Shown: positions 9,162 to 18,574, numbered from the stretch's first letter. The stretch is DNA of 18,643 bases from Octopus sinensis (GCF_006345805.1 NW_021824432.1:1-18643), one strand, 5' to 3'. The notes: generated by a model not told the origin, from the sequence alone. Program-made: numbers and translations.

Positions 9162-10588
9162 TTAATTTAAAATATACTCTCCTTCAATGTCTACAATGCT
9201 CTTCCTTCTATCTGGTAGACTTGCAAGGCCCTTCTTCCAAAATTAACTTGTCCGTCATGAAAAATACATGTCCACTACTGTTCTGACCTCGTCTACAGAA
9301 TTCATGTTTTTTCCCCGCAGGAGTGGCTGTGTGGTAAGTGGCTTGCTTACCAACCACATAGTTCCGGGTTCAGTCCCACTGCGTGGCACCTTGGGCAAGT
9401 GTCTCCTTCTATAGCCTCGGGCCGACCAAAGCCTTATGAGTGGATTTGGTAGACGGAAATTGAAAGAAGCCTGTCGTATATATGTATATATATGTGTGTG
9501 TGTGTGTATGCTTGTATGTTTGTGTGTCTGTGTTTGTCCCCCTAGCATTGCTTGACAACCGATGCTGGTGTGTTTATGTCCCCATCACTTAGCAGTTCGG
9601 CAAAAGAGACCGATAGAATAAGTACTGGGCTTACAAAGAATAAGTCCCGGGGTTGAGTTGCTCGACTAAAGGCGGTGCTCCAGCATGGCCGCAGTCAAAT
9701 GACTGAAACAAGTAAAAGGGTAAAAGAGTAAATGATTTTGAAATGCAGAAAAAATGATAACCAGACGGGGTGATGTCCGGCGAATATGGTTGGTGGGGCA
9801 TCGTTTCCCATTCAAACTGCTCCTTCCTTTGGAATGTCATCCTCGCTGTATGTGGCCAAGCATTATCCTGATGGAAGAACATCTTTCTTCTTGAAACCAA
9901 AAATGGTTGCTTGCCTTCTAGCGCTGACTTAAGCCGCTCAAGCTCCTCACAGTAGATCTCCTTTGTTATTGTTTGGTTTGGGTTTAAAAGTTCAAAGTGG
10001 ACTAAACTTTTCATATCCCACCAAACAGATAACAACACCATATGTGGGTGAAGATCTTCTTTAGCCTGGGGTGCCAATGATTCTCTTTTCCCTCCCCACT
10101 GTCTTTGGCACTTGACATTTTTATAGAGAACCCATTTCTTGTCACCAGTTACTATTCAGTCCAAAAAAGGTTCATTCATGAGACATAACAGCAAAGAAGA
10201 GCACACATTCACTCTCTGTGCACAATTAGACTCGGAAAGTTTGTGAGGAACTCATTGACCTAATTTGCTGAATTTTCTGATGGCATGCAGGTGTCGACGA
10301 ATGGTTGAATGACCAAATCCAAGCTTCTCTACTAGTTTCTCAAAAGTTATGATGAGATTTTGTTCCATCAGGGTTTGCAAGATTTCCTCGCTTAACTCTA
10401 CAGATCTTCCAGGATGAGGCACGTCTTCTAGGCTGTAGTTTCCGGCTCAGAATTTCTGGAACCACTGTTGACACTGGCTTACTCTTACTGTCCGGTCCCC
10501 ATGTACTGCATTAATATTTGTCACACTTTTCGTTTGTTATTGCCTTTCCTGAACTCATAAAGCAAATATGCTCCTTTGTCACTTCCAT
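9162..10588 (-). pseudogene. Mariner DD34D-type transposase pseudogene
   Basis: MEVTKEHI...; GQ*VPHKL (WVPH motif); IVTGDKKWVLY; MVLLSVWWDMK; FHQDNAWPH; PYSPDITPSGYH (YSPDLAPSDY motif, third D changed to G); ...EGEYILN*; stops, frameshifts and a SINE insertion. Confidence 0.92.
9316..9730 (+). mobile_element. SINE family A, full length, inserted in the mariner transposase
   Basis: Match to 1920-2295; splits the ...QNHL / GKNMNSVDEV... segment. Confidence 0.92.
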
Positions 10589-10939
10589 TATAGCTTTGAA
10601 AAAAAAGAAAAACTGTTAAAAAAAATAACTGCACTCTTCAAAACTTGCACTAAGAATAAATACTAGGTAGAAATACTACTAGCTTTTATAGCAAGTTGAT
10701 GCAGGTAGTTTATCCCATCCTCCGACTTTTAGTTCATGAAATTGAAAGAGCCGCATCATTCATGAGATGACACAATAAGTATATTATATATATATATATA
10801 TATACACACACAGACACACATACAGACTTGTGTGTATGTGTGTGTTTATATATATGCATACATGTATATATATACATATATATATATATATATACAAATT
10901 GAGATAGGGGTTGTAAATGCAACCCTCCATGGAATAACA

Positions 10940-11072
10940 TATATCCCCGAAGAGGCCTTATGATATTTTTGTAAATGTCTCATTTATATCTATATATTGA
11001 CCTACCATAAAGGGCTAATATTGGTAAAATGAGACATACTTATCTACATGGCCGAAACAGCTGTAAGATGTA
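10940..11072 (+). ncRNA. Minimal hammerhead-like motif with a large stem II loop, in a (TA)n-flanked ~420-bp segment (about 10895-11315)
   Basis: TATATCC CCGAAGA(10947-53) GGCC ...92 nt... GGCC GAAA(11054-57) CAGCTG TA AGATGTA; palindromic stem III, 6-bp stem I with a closing mismatch; C in place of U4. Confidence 0.55.
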
Positions 11073-11314
11073 ATCTATACTTATATTTATATTTACTTAT
11101 ATTTATATTCTCTTTTATATATATTCTACTTATTATACAACATTACTTTTTTATGTACACTTTTTTATGTACATTCCTTTATGTACACTGATTTGTTCTG
11201 CTTTTTATATTTAACCCTACAGTCTCTTATGTGGTGGTTTAATAAAGTATGTGATTGAGTTTTATCTGGTAATTGATATTTGATTTAGATGTATTTCTCC
11301 ATTTTCTTATCTTG

Positions 11315-11359
<45 letters not shown>

Positions 11360-11378
11360 TATACATATATACATATAT

Positions 11379-11580
11379 AGTTAATCCAAACAAGAAAGCA
11401 CAAACACAACAACGCGAGGGCGTGGAACAAATATAGTATTATTGGACTCTCAGGAAAGAAGGAGGTTTTAACATTTTGAGTGAAGCTCTTCGTTGGAAAT
11501 ATAGGAGAAGGAAAGATTCAGAGAAGGGAAGACAGAGTAAAAAAAATCGCCAACGGTACACACACGGTTACATTTTGAAT
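11379..11580 (-). mobile_element. Second copy of family P1, with a more decayed hammerhead-like motif at about 11466-11500
   Basis: AGTTAATCCAAACAAGAAA...GTGGAACAAATA.AGTATTATTGGAC.CTCAGGAAAG matches 7161 onward; abuts (TA)n. Confidence 0.75.
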
Positions 11581-11618
11581 GCTATACATACATATACATA
11601 CATACATTTATATATATA

Positions 11619-12575
11619 CTAGCAGCATAGCCCGGCATTGCCCGGCATTGCCCGGCATTGCCCGGATATGTAAGAGCCCCTTGTAGGCAACAACTAATCC
11701 CAATCTAGTCCTTTCCCTTTTGGGGAACAAAGGCGCATGTGTAGGTTGCAATGTCTTCTCTTCACTCGAATACTTCTGTGTATACGATGTTCCTAGCTGT
11801 CCCTTTGGGTTAAAACATGAAAACATCATTGCGCCTCCCAACGCGTGAACAGCCCACGTGGAGTTGACCGTGGGCGAAGCACTGTTCACCCAAATGTAAC
11901 CCAGCGACTTGTAGCATTTGGCCTTGGGATTTATTGTTGGACATTGCGAAGCAGAGTTTAACAGGAAACTGAGAATGTCTGAAGTTCTTTTTAAATTCAC
12001 AGCGAGCATCATGTCTGCTCCAAGGAGCTATATGGCCCTTTTTATTCCAATAGGATACTTTATTATTGGGAAAAAATCGGTTAATTAATTTATGTGGCAC
12101 ACAGCAACCGATTGTGTATTAAACACAAACCACAGACTGTCTAGAGGGACACAATTTGTAAAAGATATTGTCGAAAATATGTCATCTTGAATTTTGAACG
12201 CGATTTCCCAAAATGGCATGATTTTATCAATTTTTTCTGATGGTAAGGTATTGCATGGAAACTAATGTCAGAATTAAGTTTCTTAGGGTAACATAAGCTT
12301 CACACCATGAGTTTGGTGAAAATCAATTGCAAGTTGCAAAAACTAAAACAGAAAATGTTTGCATATAAAAAGCTTAGATTCTCAACCCCATGTAAATTTA
12401 TCGATTTTTTTCAGAACTGGGCGAACTTTTTAAAATTGTCGCTGCGTTAGTTTTGAATTATGACTTGGGCTATGGTGTGTCAAGTTTCATCAGAATTGGT
12501 TGAAAGCCGTGGTCAGGGTGAGGGTACAACCTGACAGACACACAGACACACAGACAGACAACTGCCATTTATATA
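11619..12575 (-). mobile_element. Non-autonomous Helitron (~950 bp)
   Basis: Minus-strand 3' end is a GC hairpin followed by ...TGCTGCTAG|T; Pif1 helicase remnant; 5' end (TA)n-AAATGGCAG with (CTGT)-like microsatellite. Confidence 0.85.
11765..12010 (-). pseudogene. Helitron RepHel Pif1-helicase C-terminal fragment
   Basis: QFPVKLCFAMSNNKSQGQMLQVAGLHLGEQCFAHGQLHVGCSRVG matches the QFP...AMTINKSQGQ...FSHGQLYVA.SRV motifs. Confidence 0.92.
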
Positions 12576-12620
12576 TATATATTATATATATATATATATA
12601 TATATTATTATATTATATAT

Positions 12621-12668
<48 letters not shown>

Positions 12669-12708
12669 GTATATATATATATAATATATATATATAATAT
12701 AGATATAT

Positions 12709-12739
<31 letters not shown>

Positions 12740-12811
12740 ATACATATATATATATATTGCATACATATATATCAATGTACATAGATATATATATATGTCT
12801 ATATCTATCTG

Positions 12812-12878
<67 letters not shown>

Positions 12879-12918
12879 GCCTAACTATCTATCTATCTGT
12901 CTATCTCTCTGTCTATCT
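12571..12918. repeat. (TA)n tract followed by (TCTA)n
   Basis: Direct reading. Confidence 0.95.
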
Positions 12919-13181
12919 GCATGTATGTGTGTTCGTGTACTTACATACAAACATACAAAGCTAATATGTAAGCAAACAAAAAGCCAAACCTCCCACTCAC
13001 TTATCAATAAATGCTTTTATAATAAAAAAAATAAAAGAATTTTGAAAACGTTAGAATAAACAACAGAGAAATCGTTTCAACTAAGGGAATAGCGAAGAGG
13101 CTTCTGAAAATACTGGAAATAGCAGCTGAATATCCTTCAAGTAATACTACGGGCTGTCTTTGATTGCTGCATTTAATGAGA

Positions 13182-13901
13182 ATATATAGAGTTTATAGAG
13201 CGGTTAAAAAATTTCGGCATGCAAATTAGGGACTCCAGCATAGAATTAACTGCTGTATTTTTTGAGTATATATAGCATTTATAGAACAGTTAAAAATTTT
13301 TGGTATGTAAATTAGGGACTCCAGCAAGAAGAACTGCTGTATTTTTTGAGTATATATAGCATTTATAGAGCAGTTAAAAATTTTTGGTATGTAAATTAGG
13401 GACTCCAGCATAGAATTAACTGCTGTATTTTTTGAGTATATATAGCATTTATAGAGCAGTTAAAAATTTTTGGTATGTAAATTAGGGACTCCAGCATAGA
13501 ATTAACTGCTGTATTTTTTGAGTATATATAGCATTTATAGAGCAGTTAAAAATTTTTGGTATGTAAATTAGGGACTCCAGCATAGAATTAACTGCTGTAT
13601 TTTTTGAGTATATAGCATTATAGAGCATTTAAAATTTTGGTATGTAAATTAGGGACTCCAGCATAGAATAACTGCTGTATTTTTTGATTATATATAGCAT
13701 TTATAGAGCAGTTAAAAATTTTTGGTATGTAAATTAGGGACTCCAGCATAGAATTAACTGCTGTATTTTTTGAGTATATATAGCTTTTATAGAGCGGTTA
13801 AAAATTTTTGGTATGTAAATTAGGGACTCCAGCATAGAATTAACTGCTGTATTTTTTGAGCATATATAGCATTTATAGAGCAGTTAAAAAATTTCGGTAT
13901 G
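13182..13901. repeat. Minisatellite, 86-bp unit, ~8.4 copies
   Basis: GGGACTCCAGC recurs at 13229, 13315, 13399, 13485, 13571, 13652, 13737, 13823. Confidence 0.95.
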
Positions 13902-14510
13902 ATCCTGGTAGAATTTTTTCTTGTCTGAGAAAAACCAAAGTATATTTGGTTGGACGGGATGCTTGAGTTTGCTCAAAAGCCTTGTAGTGTAATGTTTCCT
14001 CTTGCCCTTAATGGATTGCAATAAAAACTGGCCCTTTCTCATCTTGTATGAAGAATACCAAATGTCTTCATGCACTACCTGCCTGATAAGAACTTATTTG
14101 TGGAGTTCAGTTGTCCAGCGGATGTGAATTGATCAGACCTGATACTGGGTGCTTTAACTTAGCACCCTCACGTATAAGGAGAAAAACAACTAGTTTTAAA
14201 TCTCTGATTTAGATCCATGTAGTAACAGTATTGGATAGTAAAGTTTATTTGCCAACATAACGTGGCAGTCCTGACTAGGATTTTTAACCTCAGGAAAGCA
14301 TCTTTTCCAGCTGATGGACCTGATTGACTTGCAGGGATCGTTGTCAATCATGGCCTTGATCTCACCAACAAACTCAGGAGTTATTTTCTTATCAGAATGA
14401 TCAGAGTGAGTCTTCTAAGCTGCCATACATTCGTAATCACTATTAGACTCATACAACTCTTTCTGAATTCTCAGCACTGTCCTCAGATTGACATCCAAAC
14501 ACTCTGCGAT
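13900..14510 (-). pseudogene. Tc1/mariner-superfamily (maT/DD37D-like) transposase N-terminal remnant, split by a ~220-bp insert (about 14094-14310)
   Basis: HSDHSDKKITPEFVGEIKAMIDNDPCKSIRSI // LIRQVVHEDIWYSSYKMRKGQFL...NILWFFSDKKKFYQD (FSDEKxF first-aspartate motif); subfamily call is tentative. Confidence 0.75.
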
Positions 14511-14535
14511 TTATTTACTGGAGCTTCTGGTATGA

Positions 14536-14801
14536 ATGCTTACCAACCACATGGTTCCGGGTTCAGTCCCACCGCGTGGCATCTTGGGCAAGTGTCTTCT
14601 ACTATAGCCTCGGGCCGACCAAAGCCTTGTGAGTAGATTTGGTAGACGGAAACTGAAAGAAGCCCATTGTATATGTGTGTGTATATATATATATATTATA
14701 TATATATGAAAGAATGGAGTTGAACGATGTGAATTTGCTTCCCAGGTATCGGTTAACCGAATTATCCTTAACAAGATAATTCATTCAACTACTCAAATAT
14801 T

Positions 14802-14840
<39 letters not shown>

Positions 14841-15044
14841 TTGTGTGTCCGTGTTTGTCCCCCCAACATCGCTTGACAACCGATGCTGGTGTGTTTACGT
14901 CCCCGTAACTTAGCGGCTCGGCCAAAGAGACCGATAGAATAAGTAACTAGGCTCACAAAGAATAAGTCCTGGGGTCGATTTGCTCGACTAAAGGTGGTGC
15001 TCCAGCATGGCCACAGTCAAATGACTGAAACAAGTAAAAGAGTA
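14536..15044 (+). mobile_element. SINE family A, 5'-truncated, with a ~90-bp insertion (about 14708-14800) in its internal (TA)n
   Basis: Both halves match 9345-9730. Confidence 0.88.
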
Positions 15045-15369
15045 AGGAGTATGTATGTAAAGGACAACAAATAAAGTACTTCCAATAGTCTAACAGTTCT
15101 GCCAATCTGTCCAGTCTGAGGTAGTCATCTGTCTGTAAGCTGGACATTAGATATTAATCTAGGGCAGAGCTTTCTGAAAAAGCTTGTTCAGGCACTTAGC
15201 AGATTTATTTCTGTAGAGAAGGAAAGGGTGGGGACCAGTCAACCATCTGTCGTGCAAGTATAAGTGGGTGAAGAGTCATTGAGGTTTTGTAGAGAAAGGA
15301 AACTACCAAGTGACACATAGTGATAGTAGGTCATGTGCCCTGTGTTTTCCCCATTAATATATGTGGTAG

Positions 15370-15376
15370 AAAGAGA

Positions 15377-15415
<39 letters not shown>

Positions 15416-15567
15416 GGGGGAGAGATAGAGAGATAGGGGAGAGAGAAGAGGAGAGAGAAAGAGAGGGAGATATCCTAACTTGTCAGGACATTACACTCCT
15501 TTCTGAAACAATTTCTTCACACACACACACACACACACACACACAACACACTCAGACACAGACACAG

Positions 15568-15601
<34 letters not shown>

Positions 15602-15772
15602 ACACACACACACAGACACACACACGCACACAGACACACACACGCACACAGACACACACACACACACACGCACACAGACACACACACGCACACAGACACA
15701 CACACACAGACACACACACACACACACACAGACACACAGACACACACACACACAGACACACACACAGACACA

Positions 15773-15815
<43 letters not shown>

Positions 15816-16012
15816 CACCAGCATTCTCTATTTCTCTTTCTCTCCCTCTCATTCTTTCTCCTCTCTCTGTCTCTTTAACTCTCCTCTTTTTCTTCCTCTA
15901 TTTCTCTCTTTTTCATTTCACATTTTTTCTCACTCACTTTTCTCTGCACCTCTCTCTTTCCTTCTTCCTTTCTTTCTTTCTTTCTTTCTTTCTTTCTCTT
16001 TCTTTCCTTCCT

Positions 16013-16047
<35 letters not shown>

Positions 16048-16127
16048 CGAATTCCAGTCAATGTTTAACAATCCTACTGTGTTCTGCCTCCTACACATAC
16101 ACATGTGTGCATGCATGTATATGTATG

Positions 16128-16180
<53 letters not shown>
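15370..16180. repeat. Microsatellite block: (GA)n, (CA)n/(CACAGA)n, CT-rich/(CTTT)n/(CT)n, (TG)n
   Basis: Direct reading. Confidence 0.93.
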
Positions 16181-16182
<2 letters not shown>

Positions 16183-16319
16183 CAATTCCGCCAAGAGTCC
16201 AGACCGGATGTGATCACATTCGTTAGTGAGGGTGGAATTAATAGGGATGACAAAGCATGAGACAAATTGACTAACAATGTTGCTATTTACAGCACAACAC
16301 ACAGACAGACAGTCCAGCA

Positions 16320-16580
16320 ATAAAACAAAAACAACAACAACAATAATAATAATAATAATAACAACAATAATAATAATGATGATGATGATATTAAAAATAC
16401 TAATACCACTAATAATGCTATCAATGATGGCAATAATAATTTTAGCAGTTGAAATATTTTATGTATGTGTGTGTGTGTGTATGTACATGTGTGTGTGTGT
16501 GTGTACGTGTGTGTACATGTACGTGTGTGTGTGTGTGTGTGTACGTGTGTGTGTGTGTGTACGTGTGTGTGTGTGTGTGT
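16320..16580. repeat. (AAC)n/(AAT)n/(GAT)n followed by (TG)n with TAC interruptions
   Basis: Direct reading. Confidence 0.92.
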
Positions 16581-16581
16581 T

Positions 16582-16766
16582 TTATCCTTTTACTTGTTTC
16601 AGTAATTTGACTGTGGCCGTGCTGGAGTGCCACCTGAAAGGGTGTTTTAGTTGAAGAAATCGACACCCAGGACTTATTCTTTGCAAGCCCAGTACCTATC
16701 CTATCGATTTGTTTTGCTGAACCACTAAGTTACAGGGATGTAAACACACCAACATCGGTTATCAAG
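16582..16766 (-). mobile_element. 3' half of SINE family A (diverged)
   Basis: TTTTACTTGTTTCAGT...GTAAACACACCAACATCGGTTATCAAG matches 6762-6926. Confidence 0.85.
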
Positions 16767-16872
16767 TCCTTAGGCGCATGTGGGTTAAAATCCTGATCTT
16801 GCAAACATCCAGAGATGTTTACAATATCAGGATTTTAACCCACATGGATCTATGCAGGATTGCACCTAAGGA
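16767..16872. repeat. Nested inverted repeat (foldback/MITE-like)
   Basis: Arms 16777-16809 and 16814-16846 complementary at 31/33 with a 4-nt loop; outer TCCTTAGGCGCA / TGCACCTAAGGA at 11/12. Confidence 0.9.
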
Positions 16873-17030
16873 TTAATGTATTTGTTTCTACAACATCAGA
16901 AAGTTGAACTATGAACTTTTATGCTTCTTTCTTCTTCTCTCTCTTCATCTCCTTATTCCTTTGCTCCCGTCCTTTACGTCATCATTCTATTAATATATAC
17001 CCTTCTTATTTCCCCTATTTTTCACTATTT

Positions 17031-17086
17031 GTCTCTGATGACAGAATATCCCATATTTGGGGATATCCTAGAAACAGCTGTAAGGC
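17031..17086 (+). ncRNA. Minimal hammerhead-like motif
   Basis: GTCT CTGATGA(17035-41) C AGAATATCCC ATATTTG GGGATATCCT A GAAA(17071-74) CAGCTG TA AGGC; intact core, palindromic stem III, GUA triplet, 4-bp stem I. Confidence 0.65.
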
Positions 17087-17325
17087 CTTGAATTTTTTCC
17101 AATAATAATAATGTATATGACTTGGGATGTTTGCCTTTCCTTAACGTTTGTTGTCCTCTTTAACAATTATATATCTGCTGCATTGGAAATCTGCAATGGC
17201 TCCATAACTACCATCTCGGTAATAACCTTGGAGCCCTTGTAATCCATTGCAGCACTTACCTAGCGTACCTAGTTGTTTGGATCACCTGTGAACTAAACCC
17301 CCATACTTTTTGTATATATGTATAT

Positions 17326-17443
17326 AGGGAGAATTCAAATACAAAACAAAAGACTAAGACAAGTGGTGTCGACAACAAACAGATGTATTAGTATAAAGCT
17401 CAGGAAGTGAAAAAGTCTTTAATGTTTCAAGCCTACGCTCTTC

Positions 17444-17445
<2 letters not shown>
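17326..17445 (-). mobile_element. Short (TA)n-flanked element related to P1, with a truncated hammerhead-like motif
   Basis: GTATTAGTATAAAGCTCAGGAAG resembles P1; minus strand ...TGAA GAGC GTAG GCTT GAAA CATT A AAGAC. Confidence 0.5.
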
Positions 17446-17479
<34 letters not shown>

Positions 17480-17711
17480 AATAAGGATAATATCGATATT
17501 TAAATATCGGTATTATCAAGTGGCCAGCATGAGATTAAATACCATACAAAGGTAATAATTTTTCACAACTATAAATAAGGGTATCTGAGAGACACCACCA
17601 TGCCAAAATAGCAGTCAAACCCTGACTCTAAAAACCACCTAAAATGTTCATATTGCACCACGAGATAAGACAGAGAGACAAAATAAACTAACAAAAAGAT
17701 ATTACTGGATA

Positions 17712-17770
17712 ATTCAAGATCCTGGATTTCTAGCTTTGCTTCAAATAAGCTCTGCTTTCATCAGTTGAAT
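17712..17770 (-). ncRNA. Minimal hammerhead-like motif (best preserved), in a TA-flanked segment at about 17478-17797
   Basis: Minus strand: ATTCAA CTGATGA A AGC AGAGCTTATTTGAAGCAAA GCT A GAAA TCCAGGA TC TTGAAT; perfect 6-bp stem I, intact core, near-palindromic stem III, AUC triplet. Confidence 0.7.
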
Positions 17771-17978
17771 ATACCACATTAGCACATAAATACAAATATA
17801 TATATACAGAACACAATATATGACAGAGGCAAAACAACGGTTATGTTATGAACTTCATTAGCTTCGAGCAGTTTCTACTGTGAGATGCAGTGGACTCTTG
17901 AGTGCCTGAATAACACCCTATAGTTTTACTGGACACTCGAATATGAAGTGCAATTTATTTGGTAAAAAACAGACTTAC

Positions 17979-18022
17979 ATTTTTGCAATATACAGAGAAA
18001 GCATTACCAGCAACAAAGTCAT
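17979..18022 (-). CDS. Weak candidate coding-exon end; MTLLLVMLSLYIAK (signal-peptide-like) before a GTAAGT donor
   Basis: Consensus donor AT|GTAAGT at 17978; an alternative frame (MCRQDFSIW...VYCKN) is also open; no homology recognised. Confidence 0.2.
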
Positions 18023-18358
18023 TGCTGATGTATTTTAAAAAGTGTGTCCAAATTGAAAAATCTTGTCTGCACATACCACAATTACAGATGATAGCTGTAG
18101 TTTGCTAACTGAACTGTCTGATCCTAGCCATTGACAGTTTGTTATCCATTCATCTGCTCAGCATCCAGTGATATTTGACATTGATTCAATAAATACAATA
18201 ATAAATCTCTAAACGAGATGTAAACAGTAACTGCACGACAATGTGAGGTATACTAGCCATCTCAATATGGCTAACCACTAAGGGTGGGTGTTACTGTAGC
18301 TTAGTTACTGTTTACATATCCTTCAGAGATTTATTATTGCTTGCATACAGTTTTTCGA

Positions 18359-18574
18359 CGTCACTAGTGCATACATTCTTTGCGATGTCACTGGTGCCAA
18401 GCTGTATCGACCGTTGTCTTTCCCTCGGATAACATCAGTGGTGTGGAGAGGGGAGGCTGGTATGCATGGGCGACTGCTGGTCTTCCATAAACAACCTCAC
18501 CCGGACTTGTGTCTAGGAGGGTAACTTTCTAGGTGCAATCCCATGGTCTGTGTCGTGACCGAAGGGGGTCTCCA
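18359..18574 (-). mobile_element. 216-bp GC-richer insertion resembling an RTE-clade 5' UTR-derived element
   Basis: 12-bp TSD ACAGTTTTTCGA (18347-18358, 18575-18586); RTE affinity recalled from motifs such as TTTATGGAAGACCAGCAGTCGCCCATGC and not verified. Confidence 0.65.

Larger units (their letters stand above)
9086..10775 (-). mobile_element. Full-length decayed mariner transposon (~1.27 kb after removing the inserted SINE)
   Basis: TA-flanked degenerate TIRs TA|TTGGATCGTCCCATAAATAATGTGG vs reverse complement TA|TTGTGTCATCTCATGAATGATGCGG; internal transposase pseudogene. Confidence 0.85.

Noticed and set aside
9631-10077. Longest non-microsatellite ORF (148 aa) as a functional or domesticated transposase
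   Set aside because: Lacks the N-terminus and first catalytic D, the third D is mutated, and it runs into SINE sequence
13182-13901. Regularly spaced repeats suggesting a CRISPR array
   Set aside because: No unique spacers, whole units repeat, eukaryotic context
15060-15225. Minus-strand acceptor-like TTTCCTTCTCTACAG and peptide LQTDDYLRLDRLAELLDYWK
   Set aside because: All three frames after the acceptor stop within about 60 nt; no recognisable homology
356-16666. Many ORFs of CV/HT/IY/poly-F/L/N type and SINE-derived ORFs (e.g. 1887-2138, 6919-7185, 9255-9548)
   Set aside because: Translations of microsatellites or repeated SINE sequence; not genes
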